Part shown: positions 9,401 to 19,188 of the stretch, one piece after another
Layout of the letters: each line of letters opens with the position of its first letter
Position numbering within the stretch: position 1 is the stretch's first letter
DNA from: an uncultured delta proteobacterium
GTDB taxonomy: Bacteria; Desulfobacterota; Syntrophia; Syntrophales; UBA2185
Assembly (NCBI GenBank): GCA_963729715.1
Contig: CAVSPA010000007.1
Coordinates: 416,001 to 480,000 of the forward strand
DNA: 64,000 bases
Direction of reading: 5' to 3'
The notes under the pieces: generated by a model
What the model saw: only the letters and a program-made list of their open reading frames with translations
Database searches by the model: none
Told to the model about the DNA's origin: nothing
Program-made: the position numbers and the translations under genes

Positions 9401-10339
9401 TCAAGTCACATTAGCTGAATCGTATTTTGCTTCAATCTTTTTGATCAAATCGAATAGTCTCTGATTTACCGGTGTGGGAACGTTGTACTGTCTCCCCAGC
9501 GCGATAACCTTGCCGGCAAACATCTCCACCTCTGTTTTCCTGCCGGCCTCCACATCTTGAAGCATGGAGGTCTTTCCCTGCGGATTCAAATCGAGGAGAA
9601 TTTCATTAAACCTTTTGATGTCCTCATGGGTGAGATTCACCTGCGCCTTCCCAGAAAGCTTTATGACCTCCCGCATGGCGGATTCCATCAGGTCTCTGGC
9701 CTCCGCAGAGGTTTGAAATACTGAGAATGGCGCACGTAGTACGGCTGATGCCTGATTGATCCCGACGTTGATCATGAACTTCCACCACATGATGCGCATC
9801 ATATCAGGCGGCGTTTCATAGATGATCCCCGCCTTATCGAAGAGGGCCTGAATGCGTTTAACCCGGTTTGTAGGAGATGCATTTTTTGCTTCTCCAAAGA
9901 ATATTTTCCCCTGGTTGCTGTAATTGATCCGGTTCCCTTCTCTGAGCGCATCGATGCCTACGGAAACTGCGAAGAGAACCTTTTCCATCCCGTAGACGGC
10001 TCCAATCCGATCCTCGCTCTCTATGCCATTCATAACGGATATGATGGCGGTTTCCGTCCCCACCCTGTTCTTCATGTCCCGTATGGCGTCATCGAGATGA
10101 TGGTATTTTACAGCGACGATAATGAGGTCGGCAGGCGCCGACAGATCTTCCGGCGGGATAACAGGAATGAAGTAACGCTTGCCGTTGACAATCAGTCCCT
10201 CTTTACGGAGCCGCTCCAGACGCTCACCTCCGGCAACAAATGAGGCTGCACGCGTATCCATGTCATAGAGGAGACAGCCGTAGGCGGCCCCCAATGCCCC
10301 TGCCCCGATAATGGATATTGTTTCAATCGCTGGTTTCAT
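9401..10339 (-). CDS. Ketopantoate reductase (PanE/ApbA) family protein
   Basis: GAGALG, VK, MNG, WWKFMINVGIN, KTSMLQD, KTEVE. Confidence 0.9.
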   Translation of the reverse strand: MKPAIETISIIGAGALGAAYGCLLYDMDTRAASFVAGGERLERLRKEGLIVNGKRYFIPVIPPEDLSAPADLIIVAVKYHHLDDAIRDMKNRVGTETAIISVMNGIESEDRIGAVYGMEKVLFAVSVGIDALREGNRINYSNQGKIFFGEAKNASPTNRVKRIQALFDKAGIIYETPPDMMRIMWWKFMINVGINQASAVLRAPFSVFQTSAEARDLMESAMREVIKLSGKAQVNLTHEDIKRFNEILLDLNPQGKTSMLQDVEAGRKTEVEMFAGKVIALGRQYNVPTPVNQRLFDLIKKIEAKYDSANVT

Positions 10340-10463
10340 GTTCTCTCCTATATAATGCGGCAGCAGTTATAATGATGTGATTCGTATCACGCTCAGCGCT
10401 TAGACCGCCTGCACATCATATTCCGTTTATGAGGCTAAAACACCGGAGAAAAAATTTATCGCG

Positions 10464-11240
10464 CTAATCCTCAATAATGGCGATGGGGCGGCACCATCCC
10501 GCCGAGGCGCGTTTTATCTTTACGGGAAAACAGCAGACGCTGAACCCGTGGAATCGGCCTATGGCGCTGAAGTTGGCCATCTTCTCCATGTGGCAATATC
10601 CCATGTCGATGCCGGCGAAGTGGGCCTCCCAGATGACCTTGGGATTACCCGTCTCTTTGAATTCTTTCGCCAGATAAGGCAGAGGACGATCCCAGCTCCA
10701 GGCATCGATCCCCACAACACGCACGCCTTTTTCAATCAGGAACAGGGTGCTTTCACGGTCCATGCCCGCTCCCCGGGTAAGATACTCCGGCTTTCCCCAG
10801 GCCGCGTCTGCACCCGTCCAGATGAGGACGATGTCGAGAGGCTTGATCTCATACCGGATGCGCTCCAGTTCCTTTTTGACATCTGCTACGGTGATCCTCT
10901 CACCATCGCCCTTGAGGCGGAGGTCGAGGAGGACGCCGCTGCTGAAACACCACTCGAGAGGCACCTCGTCGATAGTCGTGGATGGCTTTCCCCGATCCAT
11001 CGTGGGGTGGTAGTGATAGGGGGCATCCATGTGAGTCCCGCTGTGCGTCGTAAGATTGATGAACTCCAGGGCCCAGCCCACACCGCCGGGGAGCTGGTCC
11101 TTTCGGATGCCTGGAAAGAAGTCGAGCATCTGGTCGGCGCCCATGCCGTGATCGACATAGTCAATCTTCGGCATCATCATCGGCGGATCCGATGGCAGGC
11201 CGGATTCGATACTGATACTCAGGTCAACGAAGCGTTTCAT
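10464..11240 (-). CDS. Cyclase / kynurenine formamidase-like metal hydrolase
   Basis: HSGTHMDAPYH, GIDAWSWD, HMEK. Confidence 0.9.
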   Translation of the reverse strand: MKRFVDLSISIESGLPSDPPMMMPKIDYVDHGMGADQMLDFFPGIRKDQLPGGVGWALEFINLTTHSGTHMDAPYHYHPTMDRGKPSTTIDEVPLEWCFSSGVLLDLRLKGDGERITVADVKKELERIRYEIKPLDIVLIWTGADAAWGKPEYLTRGAGMDRESTLFLIEKGVRVVGIDAWSWDRPLPYLAKEFKETGNPKVIWEAHFAGIDMGYCHMEKMANFSAIGRFHGFSVCCFPVKIKRASAGWCRPIAIIED

Positions 11241-11325
11241 AGGAACTTCTCCTTTGATGATAGTCGCTCGTCCCGGTATTTTTCATCACCCTGAAAATTT
11301 TCCGCAGTCGTTACTTACGCGAACG

Positions 11326-11592
11326 CTACGGCTTCTGCGCCGGCGCTGGTGCTTGCGGGACTGCCCGTTTTTCCATTGTCTCCCGCTGTTTGTCGGAATA
11401 TTTCATCACCTTTTCTATCCCCATCTCATCCGGGGACAGCCATTCACATTTCCCTGTATAATGGTCACAGGCAAGCCCGGTAAGACTATTGGTAATATGA
11501 AAGAACTGGTATCTATTCGCCATCCCGTAAATGAAAATAGCGAGCGCAAACAAAACAAGAACCGCTACTCTGAAAAACTTTTCAAAATTCAT
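11326..11592 (-). CDS. Small hypothetical membrane-anchored protein
   Basis: 88 aa, N-terminal TM segment, AAGGAG RBS. Confidence 0.6.
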   Translation of the reverse strand: MNFEKFFRVAVLVLFALAIFIYGMANRYQFFHITNSLTGLACDHYTGKCEWLSPDEMGIEKVMKYSDKQRETMEKRAVPQAPAPAQKP

Positions 11593-11662
11593 GTAAACTC
11601 CTTTCCTGGATGTTAAAGTATTTGTAATGCATCTTCAGCATGCTTCTTTGCCATTATTTTTT

Positions 11663-14600
11663 TTACGTGCGCGACAAAAGCTCTTTTCTGATCGCCGTTC
11701 CAATCTTCTCAAGTATGTACGGTTTCCTGACATAGGCGCCCGCCCCGAGCTCCAGGGCCTTCTTTACACGCTCCGTCTCCGAAAAACCGCTCACTATTAT
11801 TGCCTTCTGCTTCGGGTTGATGGCGAGAATCCGCCGGTACGTCTCCAGTCCGTCCATCCCGGGGTCCATGATCATGTCCAGTACAATGAGATCAGCCTTA
11901 TGCGAACTGAGGTAGGCAACCGCCTCCTCTCCGCTCGAAACAGCCTCTACCCTGTAGCACAGCCTCGTCAACATGCTACCTGCCACCTCACGCTGCTCCT
12001 TCACATCATCCACCACCAGAATCGTTTCACCCTTGCCCATGTAATGCTCAGGAGATGTCTTCTGCTCTTCCCCGGTCAGCTCCTCCCTCGTGGCCGGCAG
12101 GTAGATCGTGAAAGTGCTCCCTCTCCCATCCTCGCTTTGCACATCTATGTACCCGTCATGATCCTTCACCGTTCCCCACACAACTGCAAGTCCCAAGCCT
12201 GTCCCGCTTCTCCCCATGACCTTCTTCGTATAGAAGGGTTCGAATATCTTCTTGATGTCAGAAGCGGAGATACCCCTGCCGTTGTCCGATACCGTCAGAA
12301 CCACATAATCCCCTTCCCGCACATCATCATAGCCCCCGATGGGTTTATCGATGTAGCAGTTCTTCGTCCGAATTATCACTTCCCCCTCGTCGGATATGGC
12401 CTCTGACGCATTCGAGACAAGATTCATTATGGTCTTCCCCAAGTGAACCTGAGACCCTTTGATATTCAATAGACCCTTCTCAAGATCGGCCTTGAGACTC
12501 ACAGATGGATGATGCGCCTTAAGCTTCTCAAATTCCGGGGTCTCCAAAAAGTCCTCAATCACGCGATTGAGATTTACAACCTCCGAAACAGCCACACCCC
12601 GTCTGGCCAGTGTCAAGAGGTCCTGAATGATCGCAGCCGCCCTCTGGCTGGACAGCATGATATTGGAAATGTGCCTCCTCCACGGATTCCCTTCCGGGAT
12701 CTCCATAAGAAGCAGCTCGGAGTACCCCACAAGAACCCCCAGGACATTATTGAGGTCATGAGCTACACCGCCTGCGAGGGTTCCCAATGCCTCCATCTTC
12801 TCCGAACGATGCAAACGCTCCTCCAGCTTCTTTCGCTCCGTGTTGTCACGTATACACTCTATAGCGGCAATAATATCGCCCCTCGAATCCCTCAAGACAG
12901 AGGCGGTTGCGGAAAGATGGACATTGCCGGGAGGCAAATTCGGCGTAAATGATTCACCAAAGAGTATGTCTCCCATCCTCTGGATTGATGTGTAATGCTT
13001 TTCCATCTCCCGATTGGGATGGAGCGCAAGATCAATAAGAATAGGCCTTCTGTCCCCGTAGAAGGGCAGGGCGTATTCATAATTCCCCTTGCCGAGCATC
13101 TTCTCGGCCCTGATTCCCGTCATTGATTCTATGGCCCGATTCCAGGCCATCACCTTCCCATCCTTATCAATGACAAGTGTGGCGTCGGGCAGGAACTCTA
13201 TGATCTCCGAGAGTCTCATCTGGGATTCCCTTAACCGCTCATCCATCCGCGCGCGTTCCGTTACATCACGGAAGCTCCAGACCCTTCCCACAACTTCATC
13301 TCCCATCTTCTGCGGTTGTGAGTATCGTTCAAATATCCGGCCATCTTTAAATTCCAGTACGTCAAAGCTCTGGGCTTCGGGTCGAGAATACAGAAATTTC
13401 ACTTTTTCGATAAAACCCTTGTAATCTTTCAGTTGATCCAGCACGAAGGCTAATATTTTATCGTCATTTCCCGAGGCGCCGAGCGACCGGGGAATACGCC
13501 ACATGGAGAGAAATTTATTATTAACGCTGGATACTCTGCCGTCTTTATCAACGACAAGAATGCCGTCGGCAGTAGATTCTAATGTTGCCGTCAAAAGGGA
13601 AATGGACTGTCGCAGCTTCTCGTCAGTATGTTTGCGCTCGGTAATGTCGCTTATGAAATTCAGAAGCGCCGGTTTATCTCTCCAGGAAATTGGAGTTGCA
13701 TGGGCCTCCACCCACTTGACGGTTCCATCCTCAGCAACAACCCTGAAGGAGAAGCTGAGGGGGTCTTTTTCGCCCTTTATCCTCTCCGCATAGAATCCTA
13801 GTACTGCCTCACGGTCATCGGGGTATATGAACTCGATAAAAGGCCTCGATGTTAATATCTCTTCAGAATAACCTATAATATCCACTGCCTCACGGTTGAC
13901 AAATTTCAGCATGCCATCCCGGGCAATACAAATTGCCTCCCCTGCGTTCTCCACCACCAGACGATACTTTTCCTCGCTCTCTATCAGGGCTTTCTCGGTT
14001 CGTTTGCGGTCTGTGATGTCTTGGAGGGTTTCCACGGCGCCAATCAGATTGCCTTGCGTGTCCCGGATAGTCGCTGCCGTGAAGCGAAGCCAGCTGCCGC
14101 CATTACTCAAGTCCGGAAAGAAATCTGACGCCTCATAAGCTTCTTCGAGGAGGTTCGATTTTTCGTATCTCCCGGCGTACAATTCAGGAATTTCGTCGAA
14201 ATCCTCCTCTACCAGCAGATCCGCCATACATGGCCGTTCGTCGTTGTAAAAAGCCCTGCAGTGACCAGAGGTACCTATCACTTCATCGGCCCTGATCCGG
14301 CTCAATTCTTCAAGAGCCCTGTTCCAGTAGACGACCTTGTGTTCTTTGTCGATAACGAAAGTGGAAATGGGGGAACCCTGGACGATGCTGTGCAATCTGT
14401 CCTCGCTTTCCCGGAGCGCCGATTCCGTTCGTTTGCGTTCTGTAAGATCGCGGCCGATTCCATAGCGGCCGATGGGCTCTTCATTTGCGTCACGCAATGT
14501 GGTTACATTGAATTCCACGGGAATCCTCCTCCCGCTTTTATGGATAATGTCGACTTCATAGGGAGCGCTTTTCTCACCCCTGATTCCCCTTTTGAATTGG

Positions 14601-14908
14601 GCAGCGGCTATCTTCTTGGCTTCATGGGCCAGTATATCTGTGAAGGGCCGGCCGACGAGTTCAGAAGACGTACGCCCTGTGACCATTTCAAACCTCGGGT
14701 TAACATAGGTGTAGAGGCCCTTTCGGTCTACTGTAAAGACAAAGTCCAGCGTCGATTCAATCAGTGTCCGATATTTTTCTTCACTTTCTCTAAGTGCTGT
14801 TTCCGTCTTTTTGCTCTCAGTACCCAATCTCTCCAGTTCTGTAATCCTCTGCTGCAATTTTCCCAGTTCATCAATAAGCTGCTGCTTCGTCCTTTTGTCT
14901 TCTGTCAT
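11663..14908 (-). CDS. Multi-PAS hybrid sensor histidine kinase / response regulator
   Basis: About five PAS domains; AHDLNN H-box; NLVSNA; FEPFYTKK; GTGLGL; receiver with VVDD, LDMIM, KP. Confidence 0.95.
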   Translation of the reverse strand: MTEDKRTKQQLIDELGKLQQRITELERLGTESKKTETALRESEEKYRTLIESTLDFVFTVDRKGLYTYVNPRFEMVTGRTSSELVGRPFTDILAHEAKKIAAAQFKRGIRGEKSAPYEVDIIHKSGRRIPVEFNVTTLRDANEEPIGRYGIGRDLTERKRTESALRESEDRLHSIVQGSPISTFVIDKEHKVVYWNRALEELSRIRADEVIGTSGHCRAFYNDERPCMADLLVEEDFDEIPELYAGRYEKSNLLEEAYEASDFFPDLSNGGSWLRFTAATIRDTQGNLIGAVETLQDITDRKRTEKALIESEEKYRLVVENAGEAICIARDGMLKFVNREAVDIIGYSEEILTSRPFIEFIYPDDREAVLGFYAERIKGEKDPLSFSFRVVAEDGTVKWVEAHATPISWRDKPALLNFISDITERKHTDEKLRQSISLLTATLESTADGILVVDKDGRVSSVNNKFLSMWRIPRSLGASGNDDKILAFVLDQLKDYKGFIEKVKFLYSRPEAQSFDVLEFKDGRIFERYSQPQKMGDEVVGRVWSFRDVTERARMDERLRESQMRLSEIIEFLPDATLVIDKDGKVMAWNRAIESMTGIRAEKMLGKGNYEYALPFYGDRRPILIDLALHPNREMEKHYTSIQRMGDILFGESFTPNLPPGNVHLSATASVLRDSRGDIIAAIECIRDNTERKKLEERLHRSEKMEALGTLAGGVAHDLNNVLGVLVGYSELLLMEIPEGNPWRRHISNIMLSSQRAAAIIQDLLTLARRGVAVSEVVNLNRVIEDFLETPEFEKLKAHHPSVSLKADLEKGLLNIKGSQVHLGKTIMNLVSNASEAISDEGEVIIRTKNCYIDKPIGGYDDVREGDYVVLTVSDNGRGISASDIKKIFEPFYTKKVMGRSGTGLGLAVVWGTVKDHDGYIDVQSEDGRGSTFTIYLPATREELTGEEQKTSPEHYMGKGETILVVDDVKEQREVAGSMLTRLCYRVEAVSSGEEAVAYLSSHKADLIVLDMIMDPGMDGLETYRRILAINPKQKAIIVSGFSETERVKKALELGAGAYVRKPYILEKIGTAIRKELLSRT

Positions 14909-15055
14909 GGCAATGCCCCACTCGGCTAAACGGTTTCTTACTTACATGTTCATTCGCTGATGGACTTTGATTGCCTTTCTGTAACAGGGGATTAGCGCGG
15001 ATATCGCCAGGCGTGCTTTGGGGGGTTCGGGAAGATTCTTTGATCTTTCGTTCCG

Positions 15056-16756
15056 TCAATCACCGATCCTGAATATCCTCAAGCCGCAGGGTTCAATGTC
15101 AATCTCAATGTCACCACCCTGCGCTTCATGCCGGTCTCCGCCAATTCTGTCCTCCATCCAAATCTGCTTTGCACCCTTTAGAAACGGCGAAAGGTCAATC
15201 TGCAAATGGTAGCCATTATGTACATCGAGATTTGCAAAGATCAGATACCCATTGTCCGTTTCTTTATTAAGGCGGCGCAAGGCGCCCAGCACTGCACCGT
15301 GGCCGTTGTCGATAAATTCGAGATTCCCGTCCTGATGAAACACGGGTGACTCTGTGAGCACACGGTTTATATTTCTTATGCCTTCGGCAATATATAAATT
15401 GTCCTTGAATTTATATTTCTCTTTCCTGCCGATAAAATCTATTTTTTCAGGATGCCCATATTCAACCCCCTGGACTATGCCGGTCTGCCCCGTACCCATG
15501 AGAGTTGTAATCGCATACCGCGGCACGGCGGCCTCGGCCTTGCCAAAAAGCTGGGCTGGAGCGCCTGTATCATGCGTGGTGATTGGTATATGGAAACGCA
15601 CCTTCCGCGCGATGTAATGAATGTAATTGAGGTAGCTGCGAAGATTATAGGCATAAGGGTATTCCCACTGGTTGGCAAGAAAGAGGTTGATCTGCCCTTC
15701 GGCCGCTCTTTTCATGATAGTGTTAGAATCTGTAAAGTACTCGGCCATAATAACGAGGTTAGGGTAGGCTCCGCGCAACTCTTCAAGGAGACTCGCAACA
15801 AACCCTTCGTGGCTTGAATGCAGGTTGTCGAGACGGATTATGCCGCCCGTAAGCTCAGCGAAATACGACCAGAACAGGGAATATTTTTTCATATAATCCC
15901 AGATGTCGTTGCGGATGTCAGAATGCGGATGGTCATAATATATTTTTACAAGGTCCCCCCATTTCAGCCAGGAGTTCATATGCCAGCAGCCCGCACGCTT
16001 CAGTCCATCTTTCTCACTCTTGTCAGGAACTATCCACTCCGGACACATCTGCACCATCTTACTCCTGACCCCTATGTGATTGAACACGAGGTCAAAACAA
16101 AGCCGGATCCCCAGCTCTTTCGCTTTTTCAACAAATTTTTCAAAGTCGGCAAAATCGTATCCGTTCTCTTTTCCACCGTAGGCCTTATCAATAGAAAATA
16201 GATCGTGAGCTGAATAGGGGCTTTCAGAAATATCAAGGCTGGTAATGGGCAGGAGATGAACGGCGTTAAAACCAAGCCCTGCGATGTGAGGCAGAAGCTC
16301 AATCCAGTCGCTGATGGTACCTGAGACCGGTACTATCATGGTGTACATCCTTATATCCTTCGAAGCCTCCGGATCTACGATCACGTGGCTGAAAGGGACT
16401 CTGTCCCAGTACCAGGTCTTGCCATCATCGAGAGAATATTTTAATTTGAATTTGTAGCTGCCGCAGAGCTTTGCTTTATATGACAGGCTGTAGATATTGT
16501 CCTTTTCCCGTTTAAATTCAAGCTCCCGCCATTCATCCTCCGGGCAGTCGATATTCGTATATAGAAAAACCTTGGCGCGGGTATTTTCCTGCTGGAATTC
16601 TACCTCCAAATAGAAGTCGTCATTCTGATAGATTCTGAAAAATTCATTGGGAACTACGGGGAAGGAACGGTGCAAAAGGCCTTCTTTGCCTATCCTCATA
16701 TTTCGGGATTTGAGCTCGGGAATTTCAAAAGGAAGGAAAGATGGCTTTGCATCCAT
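15056..16756 (-). CDS. GH13 alpha-amylase-family protein resembling the glucanotransferase domain of eukaryotic-type glycogen debranching enzyme
   Basis: GFNAVHLLP, SPYS, DLVFNH, WGDLVK, RLDNLHS, AEYFT, TTHDT. Confidence 0.8.
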   Translation of the reverse strand: MDAKPSFLPFEIPELKSRNMRIGKEGLLHRSFPVVPNEFFRIYQNDDFYLEVEFQQENTRAKVFLYTNIDCPEDEWRELEFKREKDNIYSLSYKAKLCGSYKFKLKYSLDDGKTWYWDRVPFSHVIVDPEASKDIRMYTMIVPVSGTISDWIELLPHIAGLGFNAVHLLPITSLDISESPYSAHDLFSIDKAYGGKENGYDFADFEKFVEKAKELGIRLCFDLVFNHIGVRSKMVQMCPEWIVPDKSEKDGLKRAGCWHMNSWLKWGDLVKIYYDHPHSDIRNDIWDYMKKYSLFWSYFAELTGGIIRLDNLHSSHEGFVASLLEELRGAYPNLVIMAEYFTDSNTIMKRAAEGQINLFLANQWEYPYAYNLRSYLNYIHYIARKVRFHIPITTHDTGAPAQLFGKAEAAVPRYAITTLMGTGQTGIVQGVEYGHPEKIDFIGRKEKYKFKDNLYIAEGIRNINRVLTESPVFHQDGNLEFIDNGHGAVLGALRRLNKETDNGYLIFANLDVHNGYHLQIDLSPFLKGAKQIWMEDRIGGDRHEAQGGDIEIDIEPCGLRIFRIGD

Positions 16757-16853
16757 AGTTCAGATCCTGACCTGGATATCCGTATTTGTCGAGAACGTAA
16801 TTACTAACATATAAAGCCCTTCATATCAACAGTGTTGCAGATATTGTTGGCTC

Positions 16854-16882
16854 TTGACATACAATCACCTTTCTTCTATATT
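16854..16882 (+). promoter_or_regulatory. Sigma70-type promoter for the FmdB-family gene
   Basis: TTGACA-N17-TATATT. Confidence 0.7.
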
Positions 16883-17015
16883 TCATCCGCGAAACGACGA
16901 GTCTCCCTCGAATGAGATTAAACTTAATGAACCGATAAGATGGACGTGATATGAGGTATTAGTAGGCTGGCCGCCAAGCCTGATATCATCAGTTGCCGCA
17001 TCAAGGAATTTCCAA

Positions 17016-17219
17016 ATGCCCATTTATGAATTCGAGTGCTGTAAATGTAAGACCGTGTATGAACAATTGATGAAGGTCGACGAAAGATACGATATCCTGG
17101 AGTGCCCTTCATGCGGGGCAAAAAACCCCAAAAAGTTGGCTACCGCATTCCGGACCCACGCGTGGTCGACTTTTCTCGATAACATGGAAAAGAAGATCAG
17201 CCCCCATAAATTCAAGTGA
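17016..17219 (+). CDS. FmdB-family zinc-ribbon protein
   Basis: MPIYEFECCKC...CPSCG. Confidence 0.9.
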   Translation: MPIYEFECCKCKTVYEQLMKVDERYDILECPSCGAKNPKKLATAFRTHAWSTFLDNMEKKISPHKFK

Positions 17220-17237
17220 CAGGTATCTTTACGGCGC

Positions 17238-18029
17238 CTACATGACCCCTTTATACCAGCCGCCATCGATCTGAATGGCAGCGCCCGTGATATAGCCGGC
17301 GATCTCTGAGGCTAAGAATGCGACCAAGCCGGCTAATTCTTCCGGCTTGCCCAGGCGCCCCATAGGAATTTCAGACTCCCATCTCTTGACAATCGCTGCC
17401 GGTGTAGAGCCCTCTCTTGCAGCTATTGCTTCGGAGACACTGCGAACCCGCTCCGTCATGGTATAGCCGGGACACACGTTGTTCACGGTGATGTTGAACT
17501 GCGCCAGCTCGTTGGACAGGCTCTTGGCAAAACCGATGACGCCTGCGCGAATTGTATTGGACAAGATAAGGCCGTCGATTGGCTGCTTGACGGAGATGGA
17601 AGTCATATTGACGATGCGCCCCCAGCGCTTGGCTTTCATCACCGGAACCGCTTCACGGGTCATGACAATAGTAGAAAGGAGGTTGAGGTGGAAACCAAAT
17701 TCCCAGAGTTTGTCATCAATATCGAAAAACTCTTTCGATGGCGGCCCTCCGGCATTATTGACTAAAATATCCAGCGTCCCGTAATGATTGATAGCGCTGC
17801 GGACAAACTTCTTTGCCTGTTCTGCGTCGCTTACGTCGGCAGCGATGGCAACGACATCTCCCCCGGTTTCTTTTATGATCTCCTCTTTTGCCTGCGGGAG
17901 ATAGGGGTCATCCAGGGCGCATATGGCAACACGGGCGCCTTCTTTCGATAGCCTCTTTGCTACAGACAGCCCCAAGCCTGTGCTTCCTCCAGCCACCAGG
18001 GCCACTTTATTCTTTAATCCCAAATCCAT
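17238..18029 (-). CDS. SDR-family oxidoreductase
   Basis: GGSTGLG, NNAGGPP, SNTIR, ITG..IQIDGG. Confidence 0.92.
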   Translation of the reverse strand: MDLGLKNKVALVAGGSTGLGLSVAKRLSKEGARVAICALDDPYLPQAKEEIIKETGGDVVAIAADVSDAEQAKKFVRSAINHYGTLDILVNNAGGPPSKEFFDIDDKLWEFGFHLNLLSTIVMTREAVPVMKAKRWGRIVNMTSISVKQPIDGLILSNTIRAGVIGFAKSLSNELAQFNITVNNVCPGYTMTERVRSVSEAIAAREGSTPAAIVKRWESEIPMGRLGKPEELAGLVAFLASEIAGYITGAAIQIDGGWYKGVM

Positions 18030-18231
18030 GTCTTCCTCCTTGATTGGTGTTGGCCGTATTTTTTCATCACGTTAGCCAGTGGTTTTTCTCATCCTTAACC
18101 TCTACCACATTTTAGGTTGGAGTTCTGCCATTTTCCATCCTAATGCACAAACGGCAATGCCTAAAGGAGCTGCATCTCTTATCCTGAATTGCGTTTACTT
18201 CTCCCCTTTATGGCTTTGCGGTTGCCATAAC

Positions 18232-18969
18232 CTATTTTACTTTTTCCTGAAATGCTTGCGATGCTTTCTTCAGAAGAAATTCCTGGAAGGCCTTGTCATG
18301 TTCGACTGAGAATGCCTCCTCGAAACCGCGATTCGCGTGATCCAGCATGTATGTCTTGATAAAGCGAAGGGCCGACAGGGGAGCCTCCAGGATCGTTGCG
18401 GCCATCTCTCTTGCCCGCTCCAGCAATTTATTGCCGTCGATAACCTCGCTGACCAGACCTGCGCGATGCGCCTCCGCGGCGTCGATCCTTCTGCCCGTGA
18501 GACAGAGGTCGCGGGCCAGTCCTTCACCTATAATCCAGCGAAGAGGTGTTAGGAGCGGAGGAATTCCGAATTTTATCTCTGGATGACCGAAGAGGGCGGT
18601 CTTTGAGCATAACCTGATGTCGCAAAGTTTTGCGAGATCAAACCCTCCCGCGAGAGCCGGGCCGTTCACCGCGGCTATCGTCGGCTTGGGAAAATACCAG
18701 ATGTCACGGTGATACCTTGCCGATGTTTCGTAAATTTCATTATACAGGGCCGGTTGTTTGAATTCGCCGAGATCAAAGCCGGCGCTGAATGCCTCGCCGT
18801 TGCCGGTCAAGATTACGGCGCCCACTGTTTCGGATTCCCGCCAATCTTTCAGACATATGGATATCTCTCTACGCATCTCAATAGAGATTGCATTCCGTCT
18901 CTCGGGGCGATTCAGAGAGATCATGCCGATTCTGCCCTGCACATCGGCATTTATGGTACTGAACTCCAT
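18232..18969 (-). CDS. Enoyl-CoA hydratase/isomerase family protein
   Basis: LNRPERRNA, FSAGFDL, AVNGPALAGG, PEIKFG. Confidence 0.9.
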   Translation of the reverse strand: MEFSTINADVQGRIGMISLNRPERRNAISIEMRREISICLKDWRESETVGAVILTGNGEAFSAGFDLGEFKQPALYNEIYETSARYHRDIWYFPKPTIAAVNGPALAGGFDLAKLCDIRLCSKTALFGHPEIKFGIPPLLTPLRWIIGEGLARDLCLTGRRIDAAEAHRAGLVSEVIDGNKLLERAREMAATILEAPLSALRFIKTYMLDHANRGFEEAFSVEHDKAFQEFLLKKASQAFQEKVK

Positions 18970-19188
18970 GGTGTTCCTCCTTTAAAAATCATCGTTGACA
19001 TGTAAAACCATTCCCGGGAAAAAAGAACTTATATCTGCAGCAAGAATGCAGGAAACGAACCATCTGTCGACTTTTTCTTGTTACGCTTTTATAATCGGGC
19101 GCAAGCTGATAATAAAAATGCGCATGGTCGCAATCGCATCCATTACACTATTCATATTTCCGGAATACGTGCCAGGCCTTGCAAGTCT

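Noticed and set aside
16885..17000. Hammerhead ribozyme (CTGATGA on the minus strand, GAAAC on the plus strand)
   Set aside because: The core elements are not on one strand in the required order with supporting stems.
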